This document shows, in pieces, positions 38,514-46,466 of a DNA stretch of 64,000 nucleotides. The notes below the pieces were generated by a model. The model was not told the DNA's origin, made no database searches, and was given only the letters and a program-made list of their open reading frames with translations. Every line of letters starts with the position of its first letter. Within the stretch, counting starts at the first letter, position 1. Position numbers and translations under genes: made by a program. Source of the DNA: an uncultured bacterium (GTDB taxonomy: Bacteria; Patescibacteriota; Microgenomatia; UBA1400; CG1-02-47-37); contig CAXBYZ010000001.1 in assembly GCA_963980215.1 (NCBI GenBank), positions 7,370-71,369 of the forward strand, written 5' to 3'.

Positions 38514-39581
38514 ATGAAGAAAGTGAAATCAAAACAAATTGACGATGGTTTGAGAGAAATCATACTCTATAGAACAGCTAGTGATCAGGTTAGGGTGGAG
38601 GTTTTTTTAATCAATGAAACTTTGTGGCTGACTCAAGAGAGGATAGCTAAAGTTTTTGGGGTTCAAAGGCCGGCCATTACCAAGCATTTAAGAAATATAT
38701 TTGCTAGTGGTGAGTTAGACGAAAAAGGGGTTAGTTCCATTTTGGAACACACCACTAAGCATGGGGCTATCAAGGGAAAATCTCAGGTTGGCAAAGTTAA
38801 GTATTATAATCTTGATGTGATTATTGCCGTAGGATATAGGGTTAATAGTAAGCGTGCGACTCAATTTAGAATTTGGGCTACTAGTGTATTAAAAGAGTAT
38901 GTGGTTAAGGGTTTTGCTATGGATGATAATAGGCTTAAAGATCCTAAATATTTTTTTGGTAAAGATTACTTTGAGGAGCAGTTAGCCAGAATTAGAGATA
39001 TTCGCTCGAGCGAGCGTAGGTTTTATCAAAAAATTACTGATATCTACGCCGAGTGTAGTGCGGATTATGATTCAGATGAAGAAATAACTAGAGAATTTTT
39101 TGCCACGGTGCAAAATAAGCTTCACTTTGCCGTCTCTGGGCAAACAGCTGCCGAGATTATTAATGCTAGAGTGTCTAGTAGAAAACCCAATATGGGATTA
39201 ACTACTTGGAAAAATTCCCCTAAAGGTAAAGTTAGAGAGGCTGATGTGGAAATTGCTAAAAATTATTTAAGTGAAAAGGAATTAGACCATCTCAATAGAA
39301 TCGTATCTATGTATCTCGATTATGCTGAGCTTCAAGCAAAAAGGGGGCGAGTCATGTATATGAAGGATTGGGTAAAAAAACTTGATGCTTTTTTACATTT
39401 TAATGATCAGGATATTTTGCAAGGAAAAGGTGAGGTCAGCCATGAAGTGGCAGTGGCGCTGGCAAAAAAAGAGTATAAGGCTTTTTGTATTAAACAAGAT
39501 AAAAATTACTTGTCAGATTTTGATAAGTTTAGTGGACAATATTTGGAGCAGCTGGATAAGAAAACTAATGACAAACTGTAA
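38514..39581 (+). CDS. RhuM-family protein (virulence protein RhuM family)
   Basis: Strong similarity to the RhuM pattern from memory: IILYRT...VRVEVFLINETLWLTQERIAKVF...YYNLDVIIAVGYRVNSKRATQFRIWAT...LKEY..KGF..DD.RLK...YF.E...RIRDIRSSERRFYQKITDIYA...DY. Confidence 0.65.
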   Translation: MKKVKSKQIDDGLREIILYRTASDQVRVEVFLINETLWLTQERIAKVFGVQRPAITKHLRNIFASGELDEKGVSSILEHTTKHGAIKGKSQVGKVKYYNLDVIIAVGYRVNSKRATQFRIWATSVLKEYVVKGFAMDDNRLKDPKYFFGKDYFEEQLARIRDIRSSERRFYQKITDIYAECSADYDSDEEITREFFATVQNKLHFAVSGQTAAEIINARVSSRKPNMGLTTWKNSPKGKVREADVEIAKNYLSEKELDHLNRIVSMYLDYAELQAKRGRVMYMKDWVKKLDAFLHFNDQDILQGKGEVSHEVAVALAKKEYKAFCIKQDKNYLSDFDKFSGQYLEQLDKKTNDKL

Positions 39582-39876
39582 AGATAAAGCTTTAAAGTGG
39601 GTGGGTAAAATTCCCAAAGGGAAAGTGGCAACTTATGGGCAAATTGCTAAGTTGGCGGGAATGAAAGGGGCCAGGCCGGTGGGAAATTGGCTTCATACTC
39701 ACGGACAACCAATCACCATAGTTCCCTGCCACCGGGTGGTAAATAGTAAGGGTGGGTTGGCGAAAAATTTTGGAGCCAAAGGGAAGATTCAAACCCAAAA
39801 AAAGCGATTGGAGTCCGAGGGGGTGAAGGTTAAAAACTATAATGTTGATTTGGATAAATTTTTATGGAAGGGGTAG
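39568..39876 (+). CDS. MGMT-family DNA-binding-domain protein (retains the -PCHRV- Cys)
   Basis: 102 aa from ATG 39568 (MTNCKDKALKWVGKIPKGKVATYGQIAKLAG...IVPCHRVV). Overlaps the RhuM end by 14 nt in another frame; the track ORF 39382.. is an upstream alt-start extension. Confidence 0.65.
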   Translation: MTNCKDKALKWVGKIPKGKVATYGQIAKLAGMKGARPVGNWLHTHGQPITIVPCHRVVNSKGGLAKNFGAKGKIQTQKKRLESEGVKVKNYNVDLDKFLWKG

Positions 39877-39902
39877 CCCTACAAGGATAAACCCTGTAGA
39901 TG
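39877..39902. repeat. REP-like element, family B variant (CCCTACAAGGATAAACCCTGTAGATG)
   Basis: CTACA-AGG...CCCTGTAG imperfect inverted repeat with the GTAG/CTAC signature. Confidence 0.5.
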
Positions 39903-39912
39903 AAAATACAAA

Positions 39913-39931
39913 TCACACTCCCGGAGTGTGA
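39913..39931. repeat. REP-like hairpin, family A variant (TCACACTCCCGGAGTGTGA)
   Basis: Contains the CACTCCCGGAGTG core found in the rplM/rplQ insertions. Confidence 0.65.
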
Positions 39932-39936
39932 TTTGG

Positions 39937-40785
39937 CTAACTGTTTTTGCCGTGTTCGAGGACTTCCCCGCGACGGACAGTAAAGTTATAGTTTTTTAAT
40001 AACTTTTGAATTGTCTGGCTAAGGTCTGCTTTGTATTGGTCATTTTTGGCTTGATAGAATTTCTTGATAACTTGATCTTTTTGGCCGGAAAGTTTTTTTA
40101 ATAATCTATCTTTGATGTAGGAGGAAAGATTTAAGTGCTCTAAATAAATTTCGGTGGTGCCGGTGTTTTTGATGGCATCAAAGATACCGGTTAAGTTTCT
40201 GGGATTAGCAGAAAAATGAGGCAGTAAAGGACCAATAAAGGCGTAGGTTTTAATGCCCTCTTGATTTAGTTTTTTTAGAGCTTTTAATCTTAATGATACC
40301 GGCGGGGCGGATTTTTCTAAAAATTGACTAACCTTATCTTTGGTGGTGGTAATGGTTAAACCAACTTCAATTTTTTGGAGTTGGTTGAAAAGATCAATGT
40401 CTCGGGTGACTAAACTGGACTTGGTTAAGATACTGATTTGGCCTGGCCAATTATGCTTTATTAATAACTTTAAAACTCCTCTAGAAAGCTGGTATTTGGT
40501 CTCGATACCTTGGTAGGGGTCAGTAACCGAACTTAAAAAAATGGTTTTGGTTTTATCTTTGATTTTAGCTAATTGCTGGTCTAAAACTTCAAGGAGATTA
40601 ACTTTAACAAAGACGTAGTTACCTCAATCGTTGATACTTTTGCCAACAAAGCGACCCATAAAACTGGCATAACAATAACTACAACCAAAGGCACAACCGG
40701 TATAGGGATTGATGACGTAGTCGGCGTCTGGTAATTTGGAAGCGACTAAAGCAGTTTTGACTTTTATTTCTTTGACGATGTTCAT
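39937..40785 (-). pseudogene. radical SAM protein, SplB/spore-photoproduct-lyase-like, interrupted by one in-frame TGA
   Basis: Manual translation: [65 protein letters not shown]...EHGKNS. CxxxCxxC radical-SAM motif; TGA at complement 40624-40626; no Met downstream of the stop. Not in the ORF track. Confidence 0.6.
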
Positions 40786-40812
40786 TTTGGGTAAATTATA
40801 GCAAAGAAAGTG

Positions 40813-40839
40813 CCTACAGGGTCGGACCCTGAAGGTTGG
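40813..40839. repeat. REP-like element, family B (CCTACAGGGTCGGACCCTGAAGGTTGG)
   Basis: CTAC + palindrome CAGGGTC-G-GACCCTG + GAAGGT. Confidence 0.6.
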
Positions 40840-40885
40840 CTTGACGGTGGAGAGAATTTGGGAGAAGATTTGAATAGTAGGTTTT

Positions 40886-41563
40886 ATGAAGAAACTAAAG
40901 AAAAAGTTGTTGATATCAAAGTGGTTGGGATTAGGATTGCTGATCCCCTCTTTATTGCTGAATGCCTACTTTGTTAGTCGGCCAAAAAGTGATTATGGAA
41001 TTGAAGTGATGGAGGTGTTGGATGGAGATACTTTGCTATTGGAAGGGAAAACTCGATTGAGGTTACGGCAAGTGGATATGCCGGAACTTGATAATTGTTA
41101 TGGACAGGAAGCTAAACAATTATTGGAAGAGATGGTAAAGGGAAAGAAAATTACTATTCAAGATAAAATCTTGGATCAGCGAGGTCGAGCCATGGCTTTG
41201 GTCTATTTGGGAGATAGATTAGTCAACTTGGAGTTATTAAAGAATGGTATGGGACGGTATCATTCGGACAAAACTCGAGCGACTGAGGAGTTGAAAGCGG
41301 CCGGAGCCAAAGCGAAGGCAGAAAATTTGGGAGTGTACTCGCCGGAGTGTTACCAACAAGAAAAAAATTTGGAAAAACCGGAGTGTATTATTAAGGGAAA
41401 TATCGATTTAAATAATCAAAGTATTAAGAGATATTACTACCCGGGTTGTGCCCAGTATAAATTCGTGATTGTGGAGAAAGATAAAGGTGAAGATTGGTTT
41501 TGTAGTGAAGCGGAGGCTGAGGTGGCAGGGTATGTGAAGGCTAAATCCTGCCCGGAGGGATGA
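40886..41563 (+). CDS. secreted staphylococcal-nuclease (SNase/thermonuclease) family nuclease with C-terminal Cys-containing domain
   Basis: Signal/TM N-terminus; SNase motifs [36 protein letters not shown]-terminal KGNI...YYYPGCAQY...[13 protein letters not shown] module. Confidence 0.75.
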   Translation: MKKLKKKLLISKWLGLGLLIPSLLLNAYFVSRPKSDYGIEVMEVLDGDTLLLEGKTRLRLRQVDMPELDNCYGQEAKQLLEEMVKGKKITIQDKILDQRGRAMALVYLGDRLVNLELLKNGMGRYHSDKTRATEELKAAGAKAKAENLGVYSPECYQQEKNLEKPECIIKGNIDLNNQSIKRYYYPGCAQYKFVIVEKDKGEDWFCSEAEAEVAGYVKAKSCPEG

Positions 41564-41581
41564 AGTTTTAAGAGAAGGTTG

Positions 41582-41604
41582 CCTACAAGGTTGGACCCTG
41601 AAGG
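41582..41604. repeat. REP-like element, family B (CCTACAAGGTTGGACCCTGAAGG)
   Basis: Same CTACA-GG...CCCTGAAGG framework as the 40813 copy. Confidence 0.6.
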
Positions 41605-41625
41605 AAAAAGATCATGGTAAAATAG

Positions 41626-42270
41626 ATGAATATGAAAAAGCGAATGTTTTTTGCGTCAAGCATAGATAGAGTGGCAAGTCATATAGTTGGGAAAATTGAA
41701 GGAGGAGTGGATGGACTAAAGTCGGTGTTTATTAATACAGCTGCGGAAGCGGAGGAAGGTGATAAAAGTTGGATGGAAATTGATAGAACTGGATTAAATG
41801 AAGCTGGAATTAAAACTTTTGATTATACTATTACCGGTAAAACTAAAAGTGATTTGGAACGAGATTTAGGTGATTGTGAGTGGATCCATGTAAATGGCGG
41901 AAATGCTTTTTATTTACTACTCCAAATGCGAAAGTCGGGGTTTGACCAATTTATTAAGAGGCAGATTAATAAAGGGGTTATTTATTCCGGTTCAAGTGCT
42001 GGCTCGATAGTGGCGGCACCGGATATTGAAATTACTAAATGTATTGAGAGTAAAGACTTTGAAAAAGAGCTTGGAAGTTTTGAAGGATTAGGATTAGTAG
42101 ATTTTATTACTCTACCTCATTGGGGTGGTGATGATTTTAGAGAATTATATTTAAATCAAAAAATTAAGTCTGCTTATAGAAAAGGGAATAAAATCATTTT
42201 GTTGAATGATGATCAGTATGTGGAAGTGGTGGATGGAAATTATAAAATTGTGGATGTAACGAAAGATTAA
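41626..42270 (+). CDS. peptidase S51 (dipeptidase E-like)
   Basis: GGNAFYLL and GSSAGSIV (Ser nucleophile) motifs. Confidence 0.7.
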   Translation: MNMKKRMFFASSIDRVASHIVGKIEGGVDGLKSVFINTAAEAEEGDKSWMEIDRTGLNEAGIKTFDYTITGKTKSDLERDLGDCEWIHVNGGNAFYLLLQMRKSGFDQFIKRQINKGVIYSGSSAGSIVAAPDIEITKCIESKDFEKELGSFEGLGLVDFITLPHWGGDDFRELYLNQKIKSAYRKGNKIILLNDDQYVEVVDGNYKIVDVTKD

Positions 42271-42273
42271 AAG

Positions 42274-42298
42274 ACCTTCAAGGACTGTCCTTGAAGGT
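42274..42298. repeat. REP-like element, family B, perfect 12-bp-arm palindrome (ACCTTCAAGGAC-T-GTCCTTGAAGGT)
   Basis: Perfect inverted repeat by inspection. Confidence 0.6.
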
Positions 42299-42351
42299 GC
42301 GGGAAAATAGTTTTCTCAAGAGAATTTTATTTGTGAATAAATTATAGGGTT

Positions 42352-42375
42352 ATACAGGGACTGTCCTTGAAGGTG
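42352..42375. repeat. REP-like element, family B (TACAGGGACTGTCCTTGAAGGTGG)
   Basis: CAGGGAC-T-GTCCTTG with one mismatch. Confidence 0.55.
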
Positions 42376-42392
42376 GAGGGCTAGAGTTTTGA

Positions 42393-42791
42393 TTAACGTT
42401 TGGGGGATTGGCGCTTACGCCTGGCGGAGCCACCCATGCCGGCTTTGCGTCGTTCTCTTTTTCGTGGGTCTCTAGTAACTAGACCTTTTTTCTTTAGAAT
42501 TGGTTTGAATTTCTCTTCATTGACTTTGATTAAGGTTCGTGCAATTCCGTGAATAGTGGCATCTAGTTGACTGGATTTGCCTGAACCTAAAACTTTGACG
42601 GTAACGTAGTATTTTTCTAGAACGTTGCAGATTTTGAATGGCTCTAGGAATAAACCTTGGTTGACTGAACCAGGAAAGTACTTACTAACTGGCAGATCAT
42701 TGACTTCGTGGTCACCTTTTCCAGTGAATAGTCTAACTCGAGCGATGGCTCTTTTTCTTCTTCCGGTTGCGTAAACGTATTTTTTTGACAT
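42393..42791 (-). CDS. rpsI: 30S ribosomal protein S9
   Basis: YATGRRKRAIARVRL...GGSARRKRQSPKR. Confidence 0.93.
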   Translation of the reverse strand: MSKKYVYATGRRKRAIARVRLFTGKGDHEVNDLPVSKYFPGSVNQGLFLEPFKICNVLEKYYVTVKVLGSGKSSQLDATIHGIARTLIKVNEEKFKPILKKKGLVTRDPRKRERRKAGMGGSARRKRQSPKR

Positions 42792-42793
42792 AT

Positions 42794-43279
42794 TTATTTA
42801 TCCTTTTTTAATTTCTTAACAGACACTCCTGGAGTGGGAACTTCTTTCACTCCGGGAGTGAGAGATTTCTTTAATTTATCAGCATAAATGTGGGTTTCTG
42901 TTTTAAATATTTTTAATCTCTTTAACCTTGGACTTCTTAGCTTGTTTTTTGGCAACATGCTGGAAACTGCTCTAGTAATAATTTTTCTTGAATCTTTTTC
43001 TAACTGACGGTCAAAGGTGATTTGTTTTAAGCCATTTGGAAAGTTGGTGTGGCGGTAGTAAATTTTATTTTGTTCTTTTCTACCAGTTACTTTGACGTCG
43101 TTGCTGTTTATGACTACTACATAGTCTCCACAATCTAGGTGGGAAGTGAAGTAGGGTTTGGTCTTGCCGATTAATTTTTGGGCAATTTGAGTAGCGACTC
43201 GACCCAAAACTTGGTCTTTGACATCTACTAGATGCCAATCTCTTTTTATATCTGATTGTTTGGTTGCGTATGTGTCCAT
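42794..43279 (-). CDS. rplM: 50S ribosomal protein L13 with REP-encoded C-terminal extension
   Basis: L13 core; after ...IYADKLKK comes SLTPGVKEVPTPGV (encoded by the 42824-42860 element) then SVKKLKKDK. Confidence 0.9.
   Translation of the reverse strand: MDTYATKQSDIKRDWHLVDVKDQVLGRVATQIAQKLIGKTKPYFTSHLDCGDYVVVINSNDVKVTGRKEQNKIYYRHTNFPNGLKQITFDRQLEKDSRKIITRAVSSMLPKNKLRSPRLKRLKIFKTETHIYADKLKKSLTPGVKEVPTPGVSVKKLKKDK
42824..42860. repeat. BIME-like inverted pair of family-A hairpins (CACTCCTGGAGTG-GGAACTTCTTT-CACTCCGGGAGTG), in frame inside the rplM 3' end
   Basis: 36/37 identical to 43297-43333. The two hairpins are reverse complements of each other. Translated on the minus strand as LTPGVKEVPTPGV. 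Confidence 0.7.
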
Positions 43280-43281
43280 AA

Positions 43282-43701
43282 TTATTTCTCCACTTTCACT
43301 CCCGGAGTGGGAACTTCTTTCACTCCGGGAGTGAGTGAAGATTCTATTTTATCGACGAATTCGATTTTGGCCATCATGGTGTTGTCTCCCCTTCTTTGAC
43401 CTAGTCTAACTATTCTAGTAAAACCAGAGTTTCTTTTTTTAGCTCTAGGAGCGATAACGTCAAAAAGATGATTGGCAGCTTTCTTGTGTGAGAGAAAAGC
43501 CATAACTTGGCGACGACAAGACAGAGAACCCTGCCTAGCTTTAGTCATTAATTTGTCAATTAATGGCTTTATTGCTTTGGCTTTGGCCTCGGTAGTCTTG
43601 ATCTGCTCTTTGAAGATCAAGTTAGTGAGCAAGCTTTTAAATAAAGCTTTTCTCTGTTTGATGTTTCTACCAAGTTTCTTGGATTTGACTCTGTGTCTCA
43701 C
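43282..43701 (-). CDS. rplQ: 50S ribosomal protein L17 with REP-encoded C-terminal extension
   Basis: L17 core (...FTRIVRLGQRRGDN); tail SLTPGVKEVPTPGVKVEK. Confidence 0.9.
   Translation of the reverse strand: MRHRVKSKKLGRNIKQRKALFKSLLTNLIFKEQIKTTEAKAKAIKPLIDKLMTKARQGSLSCRRQVMAFLSHKKAANHLFDVIAPRAKKRNSGFTRIVRLGQRRGDNTMMAKIEFVDKIESSLTPGVKEVPTPGVKVEK
43297..43333. repeat. BIME-like inverted pair of family-A hairpins, in frame inside the rplQ 3' end
   Basis: CACTCCCGGAGTGGGAACTTCTTTCACTCCGGGAGTG. Confidence 0.7.
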
Positions 43702-43703
43702 AA

Positions 43704-44621
43704 TTACTCCTTGACGATAACGTCTTTTTCTTTGAGTTTATCGATAATAATATCTATGGATTTGCCACCGAGATTTTTAACTTTAGTAATATCTGATCGA
43801 GTAGCCTTAGATAACTCCTTGACTGTAGAGTAACCACCATTGCGTAGAGCGTTGGCGATACGAGTGGGAAGATCTAACTCTTCGACTGATAGTTTTAAGG
43901 ATTCGTTTTCATCGACTGCTTCTGTCTCTTCTTCTACTTGGACTTCAAATGTTGGGTCGACAATTTGAGTGAAGGAAGAGATTAAGATAGAGGCGGCTTG
44001 CTCTAAAGCTTTTGATGGCTTGATGGTACCGTCGGTGTAGATTTCCATGACTAGTTTGTCTAGGTCAATCTTTCTACCAACGCGGGCAACCTCGACATTG
44101 TAGTTGACTCTAACAACTGGAGAGAATGATGCGTCTAGAACCATCTGGCCAAGTTTCTGGGCTTGACGATTTCTGGCTGGCAAGTAACCGTGGCCAGTTT
44201 CGACTTCCATTTTTACATCTAGTTTTGAGTTTTTGTCTGAAAGAGTGGCTAAAACTAAATCCTTGTTGGCAATCTTGACGTTGGCTGGAGTTTTGATGTC
44301 TCCGGCTTTGACTTCTCCTGGACCAACTGCGTTTAGACTTAACTCTAGAGGTTTTTCACCGGTGTAGCTTAGTCTAACTTGCTTTAGGTTTAAGAGTAGT
44401 TCAACAATATCTTCTTTGACTCCTGAAAGAGAAGTGAATTGGTGGGTAACTCCGTCTATAGATGCGTTGGTGATAGCGGCTCCAGTTAGACTTGAAAGAA
44501 GAACTCTTCTTAAAGCGTTACCGATAGTTTGACCATAACCCTTTTCTAGTGGAGTTAGTTCGAATTTACCGAAGTCTTCTGTCTCGGCAATGGCAGTTGT
44601 TTTAAAGTTTGGTTTGATCAT
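43704..44621 (-). CDS. rpoA: DNA-directed RNA polymerase subunit alpha
   Basis: N-terminal dimerisation domain plus alpha-CTD; full-length similarity. Confidence 0.92.
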   Translation of the reverse strand: MIKPNFKTTAIAETEDFGKFELTPLEKGYGQTIGNALRRVLLSSLTGAAITNASIDGVTHQFTSLSGVKEDIVELLLNLKQVRLSYTGEKPLELSLNAVGPGEVKAGDIKTPANVKIANKDLVLATLSDKNSKLDVKMEVETGHGYLPARNRQAQKLGQMVLDASFSPVVRVNYNVEVARVGRKIDLDKLVMEIYTDGTIKPSKALEQAASILISSFTQIVDPTFEVQVEEETEAVDENESLKLSVEELDLPTRIANALRNGGYSTVKELSKATRSDITKVKNLGGKSIDIIIDKLKEKDVIVKE

Positions 44622-44635
44622 AAAAATAATCTCCT

Positions 44636-45250
44636 TTATCTTGAGTAGAACTCAACGATGAGCTGCTCTTGAATATTAATATCTATTTCTTCACGTTCTG
44701 GCAGTCTTTCTAGTTTAGCAGCAACCGCTTTTCTTTTGAGCCACTTGGGAATGACCATGTCTTTTTTTGCTTTTGCTAAAAGAGCGGCTACATCTGGAAT
44801 CTTTTGACCTTTGGCGTCTAGGCTGATGACTTGGCCGATCTTGACTAGGTACGATGGAATGCTTAGTTTTTTGCCGTCTACCATGACATGGCCATGGGAA
44901 ACTAGCTGACGAGCGGCTGGCCTAGTGGCGGCAAATCCGGCTCGATAGACTAAGTTATCTAGACGAGACTCTAGGATCTGGAGAAGCTTTTCTCCGGTAG
45001 CACTTTGAGTCTTTCTAGCTACTTTGTAGTATCTTCTGAATTGTCTCTCTAGAACCCCGTAGGCAGTTTTTAGTTTCTGTTTTTCTTTTAGCTGTGAGCC
45101 GTAATCTGATAGCCTTCTTTTGAGTTTTTTACCGTGAAATCCTGGTGGATGAGGTTTTTTGGCTAGAAGTTTGTCAAACTTGGGAGAACCAAAGATGTTC
45201 TCTCCAAATTTTCTAACTAGCTTACCTCTTTTGGTTGAAACTTTTGCCAT
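44636..45250 (-). CDS. rpsD: 30S ribosomal protein S4
   Basis: Full-length similarity. Confidence 0.92.
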   Translation of the reverse strand: MAKVSTKRGKLVRKFGENIFGSPKFDKLLAKKPHPPGFHGKKLKRRLSDYGSQLKEKQKLKTAYGVLERQFRRYYKVARKTQSATGEKLLQILESRLDNLVYRAGFAATRPAARQLVSHGHVMVDGKKLSIPSYLVKIGQVISLDAKGQKIPDVAALLAKAKKDMVIPKWLKRKAVAAKLERLPEREEIDINIQEQLIVEFYSR

Positions 45251-45252
45251 AT

Positions 45253-45633
45253 TTATCCTCTACGCCTCTTTTTGGGACGACAACCATTGTGGGGAATGGG
45301 TGTAATATCTGATATTTGAGTAACTTTTACTCCACTAGATCTGATGACACCAAGAACTGCGTCTCTGCCTGAACCTGGGCCCTTGATAAAGACTTGAACG
45401 GTGGTGAGACCACGATCTTTGGCTTTGGCAAGAACGGCCTCAATAGCTGTAGAGGCGGCAAATGGAGTGGATTTTCTTGAACCCTTGAAACCTGAAGCTC
45501 CAGTGGAACCCCAAGTGATAACATTACCTTTTATGTCCGTGATGGAAATTAGGGTGTTGTTGAAGGTAGCGGTAATAAAAATTTTACCGGTGGTGATTTT
45601 GGTAGTGGATGTGGTTGGTTTATCGTTTTTCAT
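45253..45633 (-). CDS. rpsK: 30S ribosomal protein S11
   Basis: Full-length similarity. Confidence 0.92.
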   Translation of the reverse strand: MKNDKPTTSTTKITTGKIFITATFNNTLISITDIKGNVITWGSTGASGFKGSRKSTPFAASTAIEAVLAKAKDRGLTTVQVFIKGPGSGRDAVLGVIRSSGVKVTQISDITPIPHNGCRPKKRRRG

Positions 45634-46028
45634 TTTTTAGCTGCCTCCATTTTTGCGGCATCTTCTTTCTTTAGAGCTCCGACGGTCATTCTGCGACCAC
45701 GCCTGGTTCTGGCGTTGTGTCTTGTTCTTTGGCCTCGTGATGGTAACTTAGCAGCATGACGCATGCCTCTGTAGGTGCCGATTTGCCTAAGTCTTTTGAT
45801 GTTTTCGGTGATTATTTTTCGGAGTGAACCTTCGGTGGGAAGAGTTTCTAAGGACTTTTGAATTCTAACAACTTCTTCTGAGGTGAGATCTTTGGCTCTC
45901 TTATCTGGGTCGACATTGGCAAGCTTTAAAACTTTTTTGACATTTTCTCGGCCAATACCGTAGAGATAGGTTAAGGCGATGCCTGTTTTTTTGTTTTGAG
46001 GTAGGTCGATTCCTGATATTCTTGGCAT
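45630..46028 (-). CDS. rpsM: 30S ribosomal protein S13
   Basis: MPRISGIDLP...GIG. Confidence 0.92.
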   Translation of the reverse strand: MPRISGIDLPQNKKTGIALTYLYGIGRENVKKVLKLANVDPDKRAKDLTSEEVVRIQKSLETLPTEGSLRKIITENIKRLRQIGTYRGMRHAAKLPSRGQRTRHNARTRRGRRMTVGALKKEDAAKMEAAKK

Positions 46029-46032
46029 AAAT

Positions 46033-46126
46033 TATCCTTGACGCTGTTTATGGCGAGGATTCTCACAAATAACGTAGACAACCCCCTTGCGACGGACTGT
46101 CTTGCATTTTATACATCTTTTTTTGA
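46033..46126 (-). CDS. rpmJ: 50S ribosomal protein L36
   Basis: Manual translation [37 protein letters not shown]. Too short for the ORF track. Confidence 0.85.
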
Positions 46127-46198
46127 CTGATGCTTGTACTTTCATAAAAAAATCTCAAAACCATTTTATTTAAAATAGCAGGTTTTGAGGTTATTTAG

Positions 46199-46420
46199 TT
46201 ATTTTAATCTGTAAACGATGCGACCCTTGTCTTCATCGTAAGGGGATTGCTCCACTTTGACTTTATCTCCAGGAAGGACACGAATTCTGTACATTCGCAT
46301 TTTTCCACCGAGATGACAAAAAATTGTTTTGTCTGAGTTGTCAACTTTTACTTTGAAGGTGGCATTGGGAAGATTCTCAATGACTACTCCTTCTACTTCT
46401 ATAATGTCTTTCTGACTCAT
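46199..46420 (-). CDS. infA: translation initiation factor IF-1
   Basis: S1-like fold; full-length similarity. Confidence 0.92.
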   Translation of the reverse strand: MSQKDIIEVEGVVIENLPNATFKVKVDNSDKTIFCHLGGKMRMYRIRVLPGDKVKVEQSPYDEDKGRIVYRLK

Positions 46421-46466
46421 TATTGTCCTTATTATATCAGATAATTAATAATTTTTCTATAATTTA

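Noticed and set aside
39937-40785. Alternative genetic code (UGA=Trp/Gly, codes 4/25) to explain the in-frame TGA in the radical SAM gene
   Set aside because: TGA demonstrably terminates secF, recX, rpsQ and recJ at conserved C-termini. The long conserved genes (fusA, tuf, secY, rpoA) contain no in-frame TGA.
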